64,000 bases of DNA from Promethearchaeota archaeon. GTDB lineage: Archaea; Asgardarchaeota; Lokiarchaeia; Sigyniarchaeales; SOKP01. The translations under genes were made by a program, and so were the position numbers. The notes under the pieces were generated by a model that was not told where the DNA came from, ran no database searches, and was given only the letters and a program-made list of their open reading frames with translations. The number at the start of each line of letters is the position of its first letter. Position 1 is the stretch's first letter. Positions 1 to 10,145 of this stretch are shown piece after piece. The DNA lies in assembly GCA_016839705.1 (NCBI GenBank), contig JAEOTR010000014.1, positions 63,294 through 127,293 of the forward strand, read 5' to 3'.

Positions 1-1
1 A

Positions 2-484
2 ATTGCAATCCGTGAGTTATTTGAAGAAACGGGGGTTTTAATCGCTATTAATAAAACAGGAAATCCACAAGGAATAATTGAAGAAACACCCAAGAAAGTA
101 AAGAAATATCAGAAGAATCTTCAAAAAAAACGCAGAACTATGACAAGTGTTTTAAAAAGGGAAAATCTTTATTATGCGGGGAATAATTTAAGGTATTTTG
201 GAAGACTGGTGACTCCAGAAATATCCCCTATTAGATTTGATACACAATTCTTTTTATGCAAATTTCCCAAAAATCAGAACATTAATTTATTTAATGATGA
301 ATTAACAGAGTGTTTATGGGGATCTCCAAAACATTTACTTGAGCTTTTTAAAAAAAAACAAATAAAATTAATATTCCCTCAATATTCCACACTCCAGCGA
401 TTGAAAGAGTTTAGAACTATTCAAGAGGTATTTGAAAATTCAAAAGAAGTGTCTAGTCATAATCGACTGAATGATTTCCAATAG
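2..484 (+). CDS. NUDIX hydrolase (NUDT19/acyl-CoA diphosphatase-like), 5'-truncated by window edge
   Basis: Frame is open from base 2: IAIRELFEETGVL (Nudix box), later VTPEISPIRFDTQFF and LIFPQ, typical of NUDT19-like proteins. Confidence 0.8.
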   Translation: MAIRELFEETGVLIAINKTGNPQGIIEETPKKVKKYQKNLQKKRRTMTSVLKRENLYYAGNNLRYFGRLVTPEISPIRFDTQFFLCKFPKNQNINLFNDELTECLWGSPKHLLELFKKKQIKLIFPQYSTLQRLKEFRTIQEVFENSKEVSSHNRLNDFQ

Positions 485-549
485 AGATTTTGGTAGGTTA
501 TAAGAAGGGTCTTCTTTTAGATTTTTTTAAGCAAAACAAAATTTAGGCT

Positions 550-909
550 TTAGTACATTAAAATGCCAGTTTGTTGAGTTTCATTAAATATTTCGTTAGC
601 TTTTATAAACAGATAAGTTTTTTCCCATAATTCGGAATTGACTCTTATAAGTTTTCCACTAACTTTTATAGCATCCCCAACACTTACATAACATAATTTT
701 GAGCATTTAACCACGATAGTTGAATTTGCCTTTAATATTTCACCTTTCGCTTTTTTAAAGGTGAATTCAATATCTTCAGTAAGTACTATGGGAAAGATTA
801 ACCTATGACGCACATAATCACCAGGAGACAAAACTGCATATATAGGTTTATCTTTTACTAAACCTCTAATAATTATCCCACTTTCTTTACTTGCTTCAGC
901 AACAGACAT
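550..909 (-). CDS. hypothetical protein, possibly OB-fold
   Basis: 119-aa ORF; beta-rich, with VSVGDAIKVSGKL pattern. Confidence 0.55.
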   Translation of the reverse strand: MSVAEASKESGIIIRGLVKDKPIYAVLSPGDYVRHRLIFPIVLTEDIEFTFKKAKGEILKANSTIVVKCSKLCYVSVGDAIKVSGKLIRVNSELWEKTYLFIKANEIFNETQQTGILMY

Positions 910-1079
910 ACATCAATTTCACTACTATTTTAATATAATATTTATCGAGATTTTATTTATCAATTATCTTTTTTTCTAAAAAATCTTATAGATATTATCT
1001 TAAAGAAGACAATTGCCATAATTAAAAAAAGATAGTTTTATTTAGTAACTAATTCAATTAGAATAGAAGGTGAATTGTT

Positions 1080-2159
1080 TTGACTTTAAAAACGAATATT
1101 ACCGAAATGTTTGGAGTTAAGCATCCAATCGCAAATGCAGCTATGGGTCCTTTTAGAACAACCGAAATGGCAATAGCAGTCGCAGAGGCTGGCGGACTTG
1201 GCATGATCTCTCATGCAAACCAATCCATGGATGGAAGAGAAATAGATGCGATTGTTGCTATGAAGAAAAATCTTGATTACGTCGTTGAACATACTGATGG
1301 GATTTTTGGATTCAATATAAGAACTTCGAGAAATACAATAAATTGTGATAATTTGATTTCGGAAACTGCAAAGCATATAATGGGAAATCCCAAATTGAAA
1401 GAACAATGCCTGTATGCGCTCACCAGTGCGGGTTCAGCATCCAGAATGCCCCAAAATAAGGATTTTCAAAAATTAAGGGAAAATTCACAAGTTAAGCACT
1501 TCCATGTTGCCCCTGCACTTTGGTTGGCAGACAAGTGTGTGGCTGCGGGATGTGACGGACTTGTCGTAACAGGTTTTGAAGGGGGAGGACACCAATCATA
1601 TGAAAAAGTTGGTGGGATAGTTTTATTGCAGCAGGTACAGCAGAAGCACCCAGATATCCCAAAAATCGCGTGTGGTGGATATGCTACAGGTGACGGTATG
1701 GCAGCTGCCTTATCCATAGGTGCAGGAGGCATTGCTATGGGATCGAGGTTCATCGCGTCGAAGGATGCCGAATTTCATGAAAACTACAAAAATGTAATTC
1801 CCCCAGCAAAAGCTCAAGATACTATTGTGAGAACGGGAGGTTTAGGAACTATTAGACTCTGGAAGAACAAATTTTCATTGGCAAAAGGATTAGTAAAAAC
1901 TAAAGAAGAAAAAATGGCTGAGGAACAAGCATTACGAGACCACCGAACCGTCATATCACAAGAAGAACTCCGAGAAGAATTAAGAAGAGATGCAATTGCA
2001 GGTTTTGCCGCCTATGAAGGCGATGTAGAGAACGGTTATGTGTTATTAGGGCAGAGTATTGGTATTATAAACAAAATCGAAAGTATCTCGGACATCATCG
2101 AAAATGTTATAAAGGGTGCAGAAAAAGCGTTAAAAAAAGCCATTACATATGTGGGATAA
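1080..2159 (+). CDS. nitronate monooxygenase / FabK-type flavin enoyl reductase family
   Basis: HPIANAAMG, AVAEAGGLG, GFEGGGH, ACGGYATG and GIAMGSRF motifs; GGTGA RBS before TTG start. Confidence 0.88.
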   Translation: MTLKTNITEMFGVKHPIANAAMGPFRTTEMAIAVAEAGGLGMISHANQSMDGREIDAIVAMKKNLDYVVEHTDGIFGFNIRTSRNTINCDNLISETAKHIMGNPKLKEQCLYALTSAGSASRMPQNKDFQKLRENSQVKHFHVAPALWLADKCVAAGCDGLVVTGFEGGGHQSYEKVGGIVLLQQVQQKHPDIPKIACGGYATGDGMAAALSIGAGGIAMGSRFIASKDAEFHENYKNVIPPAKAQDTIVRTGGLGTIRLWKNKFSLAKGLVKTKEEKMAEEQALRDHRTVISQEELREELRRDAIAGFAAYEGDVENGYVLLGQSIGIINKIESISDIIENVIKGAEKALKKAITYVG

Positions 2160-2210
2160 CTCTCCTTTTTTTACTATTTAAATTATTTTTTTTTATTTAT
2201 ACTATCATTC

Positions 2211-2540
2211 TCACTTCCCAGCTTGGGAGAGCTCCGTTGCGCTACCTTCAGTGCAATAATGTCCCCAGCGAAGACTCATTGTTTTAGTAATTGGACACTG
2301 TCCACATAAACAAGCTTTCTTTTCAATTATTAGGGAACTCTTCCCCTCCATACAAAAAGCAAGCATTTCTTCTCCAGTTCCCTCATAACTCGGACATTTT
2401 CCGCAATACTCCCTACACATATATATTATTTGTTCACGACTATCCCTCTTTTCTTTCTCGGACATCTTGCTGTATAGCAATTTCATTTTTTCTTCAAAAG
2501 TAGTAGCTTTATAATACTCTTCCGACATTCGTATCATCAC
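2211..2540 (-). CDS. Cys-rich metal-binding protein (DUF2769-like)
   Basis: CxxxCxxCPSY...FC..GKS...CLCxxCP...YC pattern. Confidence 0.7.
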   Translation of the reverse strand: MMIRMSEEYYKATTFEEKMKLLYSKMSEKEKRDSREQIIYMCREYCGKCPSYEGTGEEMLAFCMEGKSSLIIEKKACLCGQCPITKTMSLRWGHYCTEGSATELSQAGK

Positions 2541-2941
2541 ACTTTTTTGTTTGTGAATTTGATGTAATTATGATTTAAGATGAAAATTTTTTAAGTTTTA
2601 TTGAACTTCAAAAATCAAATTGGGTGTTGAACTGATGAAATTCCTTCAACTTTAGTTATTTTTTCTATGCAAAAAACGAGAAAATCCTAAATAAAAATAG
2701 TTTTTTTAACATTCTTCAATCCTGAAAAAATAGTTTTACTTTCAGATAATTAAGAACAAATGGTAAATAGGTTTAAATTCCTCATTTTTAAATAATTAAC
2801 AGAATTTCAATATTGTACTTTTCACTAAATTTTCATTGAATTCAGACTCTGAATTTACTATCCCATTCTATATTATTATGTATTTCTCAATATTCATAGA
2901 AAAAATCATAAATAATCTAATATTTTGAACGATATAAAGAA

Positions 2942-4594
2942 ATGAAGAGACAATTTGTCGTTATATTGTCTAAGAATTGGTATAAAAAAATGAGTAATTC
3001 CGTTATTAAAATTGTTGATTTATTTTATAATCCAAAATCAGTCGCAGTAATTGGTGCTTCAAAGGTTCCTATGAAAGGTGGAAACCGTATAGTTCATAAT
3101 CTACACTCAAATGGCTACAAAGGTCAGATTTATCCTGTTAATCCCAACTATACTGAAGAAGATGATCTATGCGGTTTCAAATTCAATAAATCTGTTTTAG
3201 ATATTGAAGGGGAGGTAGATCTTGCCATTTTTTATGTAAACAATCGAATTGTAACTGATGTTCTAAAAGATTGTGTCAAGAAAGGAATAAAAGCAGCCAT
3301 AATACAAAGTGCTGGTTTTGAGGAAGTGGGGGAAGAAGGGTTAAAATTAAGGGATGAAATCGCAGCGATTACCGAAAATTTCTCCAAGTTACATATTGTT
3401 GGTCCTAACTGTATGGGAATCAGTCGGTTCGATGGGGATTTCGGTGATAAAGAAGGAGGTTTCTTCACTGGACAATTTACTCTCACGAATTATAAAAAAG
3501 GTAATGTTGCGATCATCACCCAAAGTGGTTTCTTGAATGGCGGAATAGCACCACTAATTTTTCGTCAGTACCCAAATCTAGGTTTTCGGTACATTGTTTC
3601 AATTGGAAACAAGATGGATTTGGGAGAAAATGAGTTTTTAGAATACATTTTAGAAGATGATACTGTAAACGTCATTGCACTATATTTAGAGTCATTTAAA
3701 GACCCTAGAAAATTCATCTCTTTATGTAGAAAAGCAAAACAACTACCCAAGAAAACTATTATCCTTCTAAAAGGGGGAAAAACAAGCCAAGGGATGAAAG
3801 CAGCTTCTAGTCACACAGGTGCTTTAGCTGAAAATGAAAAATTAATTGATGCTATCATTAAACAAGCAGGAGTTATTCAAGCAGATAATTTTTTTGAAAT
3901 GTTCCAATTTCTAAGAACGTTTTCTATGATGTATAAATCCGATAAAAAATTCCCTAGAGAAGGAAATATCGCTCTTGTTGTCGGGAGTGGAGGTATGGGA
4001 ACTGTAATGGGAGATGTTGCAATGAAATACGGTTTGAAGTTCCCGGAATTTGGTGAGAAAAGTTATAACATTCTTAAAAGTGTATTCCCGGATTGGATGC
4101 CTCCAAATCGATTTGCTCTCGTTGATGCTTGGCCTACGATGGAGAAAGCAATGATGGATGCTGCCAAAAAAGCCAAAAACACTGCTAAACAATCAACTGA
4201 AAAAACTAACGGAAATGAAAAAAATAGGAATCCATTTCGTATGATGGGTTCTTCTGGAAATGTTATGCAAGTAATTCAACAAGCAGTATTAGAAGAGCCT
4301 AAAATAGAAGGATTGTTTACATCAATGCCAGGTGGTCCAAGAAGTCATGGAGGAACAATGGATTTTATGAAACCGATGCTGGAACGCATAGCACAATACC
4401 CAAAACCTATCTTCTTTTATTCTGTGATGGAAAGTGAGGGATCTTTAGAAATGTTACGGTTATATGGTAAGTATAACATTCCCTTATTTACCAGAACTGA
4501 AGATGTTGCTAAGAATTTTGCGATTTTGGTTCAAGAAACAAAGAACAAAGAAAAATTTTCAAAAACACTTGAACCATTAATTTCGGATAAATAG
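2942..4594 (+). CDS. ADP-forming acyl-CoA synthetase alpha subunit (CoA-binding); true start may be 2990
   Basis: PKSVAVIGAS, IVGPNCMG, ITQSG, SIGNKMD and phospho-His motif SHTGALA. Confidence 0.88.
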   Translation: MKRQFVVILSKNWYKKMSNSVIKIVDLFYNPKSVAVIGASKVPMKGGNRIVHNLHSNGYKGQIYPVNPNYTEEDDLCGFKFNKSVLDIEGEVDLAIFYVNNRIVTDVLKDCVKKGIKAAIIQSAGFEEVGEEGLKLRDEIAAITENFSKLHIVGPNCMGISRFDGDFGDKEGGFFTGQFTLTNYKKGNVAIITQSGFLNGGIAPLIFRQYPNLGFRYIVSIGNKMDLGENEFLEYILEDDTVNVIALYLESFKDPRKFISLCRKAKQLPKKTIILLKGGKTSQGMKAASSHTGALAENEKLIDAIIKQAGVIQADNFFEMFQFLRTFSMMYKSDKKFPREGNIALVVGSGGMGTVMGDVAMKYGLKFPEFGEKSYNILKSVFPDWMPPNRFALVDAWPTMEKAMMDAAKKAKNTAKQSTEKTNGNEKNRNPFRMMGSSGNVMQVIQQAVLEEPKIEGLFTSMPGGPRSHGGTMDFMKPMLERIAQYPKPIFFYSVMESEGSLEMLRLYGKYNIPLFTRTEDVAKNFAILVQETKNKEKFSKTLEPLISDK

Positions 4595-4711
4595 AGATAC
4601 ATTTTAAACTCATCCGAAATTTTTAGATAATATAACAGATACTTTTTTATAGATTTAAGTTTAATATTGGAATGTCATTAAATAAGAGTTATATGAAGTT
4701 CTATAATCTGT

Positions 4712-5635
4712 TTGAAAAAAAAGGAGATGTGTATTATATTGGATGATATTGAAATAAAAGATGGAAAAATGTTTGGTGGCTGGCGAGCTCCTGAAAACCT
4801 GTATAGAGGTTTAAAAACCTCGATTCATGACGACAATGTTGCACAAAAAGTTGGAATGCGCGGTGGAACCATCCCTGGTACGATACATTTAAGTTTGTTT
4901 GCACCTTTAGGTCAGAAAATATTTGGCAATAGATGGTTCGAGAAAGGAACAGTGAGTATGTATTATACCTATGCAACTATCGATAAGGAGGAGGTTAGAG
5001 CAATTATTGAATTACCTGAAGGTACTACAAAAGATTCCTTACCCCTTACAGCAGATGATGTTCAATGTAAAGCTTGGGGTGAGCTGAGAAGCGGACAACA
5101 AATTATGATGGGAACCATATCTATAGATAATCCAAAAGAACCTTCATATCTACAATCACTTGAGTTAAAAAACAGCCCACCTGAGGAATTGCGTATTTTA
5201 GAGGGATATAAAGTAGGACAGGAATTTGGTCCTGAGGAAGTTTTAATTTCTCAAGATGCTGCTATTAAGGGATTGCCAGGTATAACTGATAGGCTGGAAT
5301 ATTACAAGGAAGGATCTCCATGGGGAAATTCTATTCTATCTCCAAGTGCGTCGTTTGGTGTAATGACGATGGGTTTAACAGCGTATAATAAGACATGGGA
5401 TAAAGGTGTTCCTTTTTTCGGTGCTACTGAGGTAAAATATATAAATGGACCGATACTTGTTGATGTACCATATATTGCAAAAGGTAACATCGCTAGCGCA
5501 GGTGTTTCCCGCAAAACTGAGTATTATTGGCTTGATGCTACCTTAGAAGAAAAAGAAACAGGGAAATTAGTAGCGTCAATGCGTCATATGAACAGATATA
5601 TGAAAGCTGGTTCACCAGTGTATAAAGATCAATAA
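4712..5635 (+). CDS. double hot-dog fold (MaoC-like) dehydratase family protein
   Basis: SIHDDNVAQKVGMRGGTIPG resembles the MaoC hydratase motif; second hot-dog-like half (SPWG...FFGATEVKYINGP). Confidence 0.6.
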   Translation: MKKKEMCIILDDIEIKDGKMFGGWRAPENLYRGLKTSIHDDNVAQKVGMRGGTIPGTIHLSLFAPLGQKIFGNRWFEKGTVSMYYTYATIDKEEVRAIIELPEGTTKDSLPLTADDVQCKAWGELRSGQQIMMGTISIDNPKEPSYLQSLELKNSPPEELRILEGYKVGQEFGPEEVLISQDAAIKGLPGITDRLEYYKEGSPWGNSILSPSASFGVMTMGLTAYNKTWDKGVPFFGATEVKYINGPILVDVPYIAKGNIASAGVSRKTEYYWLDATLEEKETGKLVASMRHMNRYMKAGSPVYKDQ

Positions 5636-5659
5636 TTTTTTTTTTAATTTATATTAAAT

Positions 5660-5990
5660 TCACGGCTTTTCTTCTTTATATTTATATTCTACTCTTCTTG
5701 AGGATTTTTTCTTATAAATCAAAATTATCACAATAATTATTATTATAGAGACGGTAACAACTACAACCAGTGCTATCATTGTAGGGGAAATAGGATTAAC
5801 AACGCTAGGAATCCCCTCTGTATTTTTGCTATTCCCGCTGAAAATGTTATTTGAAATGAAATAGTCTTCACTATGATATACATGAATGCCAACATTGTTA
5901 TTGGTTATCGTGTTTCCCGTGATTCTGTTATTACTACCATAACTTATCTGGATTCCATCGTAATTAGAATCCATAATATTCCTAATACTC
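5660..5990 (-). pseudogene. remnant C-terminus of a NosD/parallel beta-helix membrane protein
   Basis: Only about 2-3 PbH1 repeats (NNRITGNTITNNNVGI) plus a TM helix and basic tail; the ORF's extended N-terminus overlaps the opposite-strand gene at 6040. Confidence 0.5.
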
Positions 5991-6039
5991 ACATCAAAAT
6001 CTAAGTTAAAATGAATAATTAATAGAAGGTGAAAAAAAA

Positions 6040-6369
6040 ATGGTATTAATGGTGGTAACTTCATATTTCCCAATTGATAAAGCAAGTGAGGCAGCGAAAA
6101 GTTATATTAAAAGTTTACAAAAATATCCCCCAGATGCATCATTAGCTAAGACACTTACCATAGGAGTAAGAGCAACCAAGGATGGTTATAAAGTTATAGG
6201 AATTGGCGATGTAGTAAAAGGAAAATATGAAGAAGCGTTACTCCGACAAATTCAGAGTGCGCAAGAGTTTAATGCAGGTATCGAGGGATATAGATACAAA
6301 ATAGAAACTTTCATGGATATAACAGAAGCCATGCCAATAGTAGGAATAGAAGCCCCTGAAGACAGGTAA
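6040..6369 (+). CDS. hypothetical protein
   Basis: 109-aa ORF with GGTGA RBS and a downstream T-tract. Confidence 0.75.
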   Translation: MVLMVVTSYFPIDKASEAAKSYIKSLQKYPPDASLAKTLTIGVRATKDGYKVIGIGDVVKGKYEEALLRQIQSAQEFNAGIEGYRYKIETFMDITEAMPIVGIEAPEDR

Positions 6370-6432
6370 CTAATCCAAAAAACCTCTCAAATTTTTTTTT
6401 TATATATTTTTTTCCATACCTTTACCATTACT

Positions 6433-6879
6433 ATGAAAGTCGAAAGAAAAATTATTATTCGGAACAAACAGTTGAGAAGGATAAGATATAATCTTAGAGA
6501 GATTATTATTAGAGCTGTTTATGATGAAATAGAAAGGTTGAGTTCAATCTCTGACCTATATGGACCGATACTTGATCTAACCCCAGCTGAAGAAAAAGAA
6601 GTGTACTTTCTAGAAGGAACAAAGCATAATCTTTCGAGTGCATTGAATAATTCGATTTGTGTTTGCCCTTTATGCACTAGAGCGGATAAAGATATGATAT
6701 ACATTCCTAAACATGAAACGTGGTATTGCATTGAATGTCAAGAAAAAGGGCTTATTTGGTATCCCTGTCACGGAAGTGAAGAGGATAGGTGGCAGAATGA
6801 TTATATTAATATGTATTATGAATTAAAAGATAAATTCGAGAAAAAGTATTTAAACAAAGGAGATTTTAATTTAGGTTAA
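6433..6879 (+). CDS. hypothetical zinc-finger protein
   Basis: CPLC...WYCIEC motif. Confidence 0.65.
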   Translation: MKVERKIIIRNKQLRRIRYNLREIIIRAVYDEIERLSSISDLYGPILDLTPAEEKEVYFLEGTKHNLSSALNNSICVCPLCTRADKDMIYIPKHETWYCIECQEKGLIWYPCHGSEEDRWQNDYINMYYELKDKFEKKYLNKGDFNLG

Positions 6880-6923
6880 TAGGTTAATGGGATCTTGGAA
6901 TGAGATAATTTCCTCAGAGATAA

Positions 6924-7325
6924 TTAAACTCTCCTCCCACGATGTCCACCCTTGCGCCTACAATGGTCATGTGATCTAGGTGTGACTTCTTCAATCCTTC
7001 CGACTTGTAAACCTGAACGTGCGAGTGCACGAATACAAGCTTGAGCTCCAGGTCCAGGAGTTTGACTTTTATTTCCACCAGGGGCTCGAACTTTAATATG
7101 AATGCCCAGAATTCCTTTATCTCGAAGGTCGTTAGCAACACGGAATCCACATTGCATCGCGGCATAGGGGGAAGATTCATCGCGGCTAGCTTTAACCACC
7201 ATACCGGCGGTACATTTTGCGAATGTTTCAGCACCACTTAAATCGGTGGCAGTAACAAGGGTGTTGTTATAACTCGAAAAAATATGGACAATTGCCCATT
7301 TTCTATCATCATTTCTTCTGCTCAT
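6924..7325 (-). CDS. rps11: 30S ribosomal protein uS11
   Basis: [33 protein letters not shown]. Confidence 0.98.
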   Translation of the reverse strand: MSRRNDDRKWAIVHIFSSYNNTLVTATDLSGAETFAKCTAGMVVKASRDESSPYAAMQCGFRVANDLRDKGILGIHIKVRAPGGNKSQTPGPGAQACIRALARSGLQVGRIEEVTPRSHDHCRRKGGHRGRRV

Positions 7326-7843
7326 TATGCTTCACTTTTGGTGGTAGTTTCTTTAGGTTTTGAGAGGGGGCTATTAGGGGTAAAATCAATAAAGTCTTCT
7401 TCTTTCAGTTTAACGAGATATGAAGGGGCATTAATTTTTTTTCCTAGGATTTGAATGTGACCATGAACGATATATTGTCGTGCTTGGTGTGGAGTGCTTG
7501 CCAATCCTTTCTCAAATACAAGTGTTTGTAATCTTCTTTTAAGAACGTCTTCTACTGTCAAAAGAAGGACGTCTTCGAATTCTGCTTCCGCCCCGATGAT
7601 GCCTAATTTGTTTAATTTCCTAATTAAATCTTGTTGGACCTCGATAGCTTTCTCTCTAGTTAATCTTCTAGATTGTCTAGCAAGGTTTCGCCAATCGGCG
7701 AGTATCGTTCTAGCTTTCCAGTATTCTCGTTTATTTCTTAGACCATATTTACCCAAAAATTCAAGCTCTTCCAATATTCTTTCTTTTTGGAAGGGATGTT
7801 TTGGTTTCCTAAACTTCTTCTTTAAGCGCCTTGGATCTCCCAT
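7325..7843 (-). CDS. rps4: 30S ribosomal protein uS4 (start at MGDPRR, 7843)
   Basis: [27 protein letters not shown]; GGTGA RBS before 7843. Confidence 0.97.
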   Translation of the reverse strand: MGDPRRLKKKFRKPKHPFQKERILEELEFLGKYGLRNKREYWKARTILADWRNLARQSRRLTREKAIEVQQDLIRKLNKLGIIGAEAEFEDVLLLTVEDVLKRRLQTLVFEKGLASTPHQARQYIVHGHIQILGKKINAPSYLVKLKEEDFIDFTPNSPLSKPKETTTKSEA

Positions 7844-7856
7844 ATTTTCACCTTTT

Positions 7857-8348
7857 TCAACTTGGTGGTTGTCCTTTCTTTCTTCGCATAACTCCAACTA
7901 CTAGGCCATGACGACCAGTGCTTCTTGTTCTTTGACCACGTACTTTCAATCTTAGATGATGGCGAACACCTTTATAAGATTTAATTTTTTTCATTCTATC
8001 TATGTCTCTTTTAAGGGAAATATCAAGTCTATTTCCTATAATATGAAGATCCTCACCAGTACGCAAGTCCTTTTTTCTATTTACCATCCAATTTGGAATG
8101 CCATTTTTAACTGGATCTAAAATAATTTCTTCAATTCTATTTAAGTCTTTTTCTGGTATTGCACCAATCCTTATATTAGGATTTATCTTTGCGACATGTA
8201 CGACTGCTTGGGCAAATCTCATTCCAACTCCTCTAATTTGGGTCAATCCATATTCTACTTTTGCATTTCCATCTACTTGCGCACGGAGTTGTCTGAAGAA
8301 AACTTTTTCACGAAAATTTTTTGGTCTAAGCGGAGATACAGAACTCAT
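7857..8348 (-). CDS. rps13: 30S ribosomal protein uS13
   Basis: LTQIRGVG, IPNWMVNR, SYKGVRH, VRGQRTRSTGR. Confidence 0.97.
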   Translation of the reverse strand: MSSVSPLRPKNFREKVFFRQLRAQVDGNAKVEYGLTQIRGVGMRFAQAVVHVAKINPNIRIGAIPEKDLNRIEEIILDPVKNGIPNWMVNRKKDLRTGEDLHIIGNRLDISLKRDIDRMKKIKSYKGVRHHLRLKVRGQRTRSTGRHGLVVGVMRRKKGQPPS

Positions 8349-8546
8349 TTGAATTCAATCAATAATTAGTTTATTTAATATTTTGATTTAATGTTAGTAA
8401 ATACAGAATTTAATAATAAATTTTTGGTTTTCTCATAGAATCAGTAATATTCACTTCTTCTGTACATCTTATTATATTTACATTCAATTATTTTAAATTA
8501 GGTAGGAAATACAGGTAGAATAGGCAAATTCTAAAATATAACCAAC

Positions 8547-10046
8547 TCAATAATTAGGTACTCTCTTATTTTCTTCCAATCGTGTATTAATATGTTTTTT
8601 GCTATTATTTTTCTTAGATCCCGCAATCCTTTGGAGTAGGGGTAACCCTGGTTTTACTTCTTCTAAAGGTTTTGATTCAATTAGATTGTTAGATATTAAT
8701 TTTTCATAAAGTTCTTTTCCCTTCATCGTTCTAATTAGTACAGTATTCCAGCCAGAAGGAGAGCCTATTGATCCGATTGAGATATCTGCAGATTCTGAAG
8801 TTAAGTCAAAACACATTTCACAATCTTCACGGCCTAGATGAGAAATTTCTTTGATGGGTATGTTTAATTCTTCACCACTATTCGTATACACGAAGAATTT
8901 ACCTTTATTAATATCCATTTTTTTAGCATTTTTAATATCTACCTTCAATTTCTCACAAATTTTTAAAAGAGATTCATATGAAAACGATTCCATACAAAAT
9001 ATTCCAATCCGGTATTCAACATTATTCAAGGAAGGAAATCCTATATCATAGATTGTTGATTTTAAAAGAGCTTGAATCTGACAAGGAACACCCACCACAG
9101 CGATTTTTTTATTGTGGAGTTCACTTTGATTTAATATTTGCAGATTAGGATTATTAACATATTTAGTACCTGCCGTTGAAAAGATTTCTTCTTTACTTTT
9201 GAGTAATATTGGTTCAGGTCGCCATAAGGTATTACTCATTTTCGCTCCAATGGCAACATCTACTGCATTATTTTCTAAAAGGTAATGAAGGCAAGTGCTT
9301 GAAACACCCCCATCTTGACAGATTTCTGATATTTCTTTTATTTTAGTACGAGCAGAATATGCTTCAAGAAAGAAGCCTACATTTTGATATTCTTTGATTT
9401 CAGAAGTGCTCTCTTGAGTCATATTCAAAACTCTCACGGGTAAGTATGTTCTAGGACATACAAAATAACACAGTCCACAGCGAATACACTTATCTTCATC
9501 AATTTTTCCGAAACCATTATAAATTTGAAGACAATTAACAGGGCATATTCCTGCACACAACCCGCAACCAGAACAGTTTTTTGTTTCAAAAATGATTTTA
9601 ACTGGTTCATAAATAGGCTTTAATTGAGAAGTCTGCGTTTTATTTGGTTTTATTAAAAAATCCTTGAAGATGAGTTGTTCAGGATTATTCTCATATCCTT
9701 CAATCTTATCATAAAGTTCTTCTGAGCTTACAAGATTTTCATTTTTTAGTAATTCTAAGAAGCTCAATGTTTTATTTAGTTCAATAGAATTCATTTCAGA
9801 AAATAGTTCGAGGGATTTTAAATTGCTCTCAGAATTTTGTTTTAAGAAGTTAAGAAGAGAATATTTTAATTTCTCTTCATCTAGCATTTTGATTAGTATA
9901 GTTTCATATTGGGATTCATCATAAATTCCCGCATCAAGTATATCTTGTTTTGCGTCAATTAATGCTCGAATTCTATATGAATCTAAGGCATCCGCTACAT
10001 TTTTTAAATAATCCCATGAAAAATTTTCTTCAATACTCATAATCAT
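8547..10046 (-). CDS. FrhB/FdhB-family F420-binding subunit with 2x[4Fe-4S] ferredoxin and a ~150-aa N-terminal extension
   Basis: Two CxxCxxCxxxCP motifs, QDGG, AGTKY, VGVPCQ, IGIFCMESF, ADISIGSIGSPSGW. Confidence 0.88.
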   Translation of the reverse strand: MIMSIEENFSWDYLKNVADALDSYRIRALIDAKQDILDAGIYDESQYETILIKMLDEEKLKYSLLNFLKQNSESNLKSLELFSEMNSIELNKTLSFLELLKNENLVSSEELYDKIEGYENNPEQLIFKDFLIKPNKTQTSQLKPIYEPVKIIFETKNCSGCGLCAGICPVNCLQIYNGFGKIDEDKCIRCGLCYFVCPRTYLPVRVLNMTQESTSEIKEYQNVGFFLEAYSARTKIKEISEICQDGGVSSTCLHYLLENNAVDVAIGAKMSNTLWRPEPILLKSKEEIFSTAGTKYVNNPNLQILNQSELHNKKIAVVGVPCQIQALLKSTIYDIGFPSLNNVEYRIGIFCMESFSYESLLKICEKLKVDIKNAKKMDINKGKFFVYTNSGEELNIPIKEISHLGREDCEMCFDLTSESADISIGSIGSPSGWNTVLIRTMKGKELYEKLISNNLIESKPLEEVKPGLPLLQRIAGSKKNNSKKHINTRLEENKRVPNY

Positions 10047-10074
10047 TCTTACAATATTTTTTAAAGTAAATTAT

Positions 10075-10145
10075 TCCGAAAACCCTTGCTATGGGTTAGT
10101 TCCTTCTCAACTATAATTTTTTTGAGAAGATCATTCTAATTCGGA
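10075..10145 (-). promoter_or_regulatory. putative SECIS element (eukaryote/Loki-type AUGA...GA kink-turn hairpin)
   Basis: Minus strand right after the mvhD stop: AUGA-U-CUUCUCAA-(AAAAAUUAUAG)-UUGAGAAG-GA, closed by UUAG/CUAA and UCCGAA/UUCGGA helices. Confidence 0.8.

Noticed and set aside
2626-2650. Hammerhead-like CTGATGA inside a GTTGAA/TTCAAC hairpin
   Set aside because: No stem II/GAAA core or third helix
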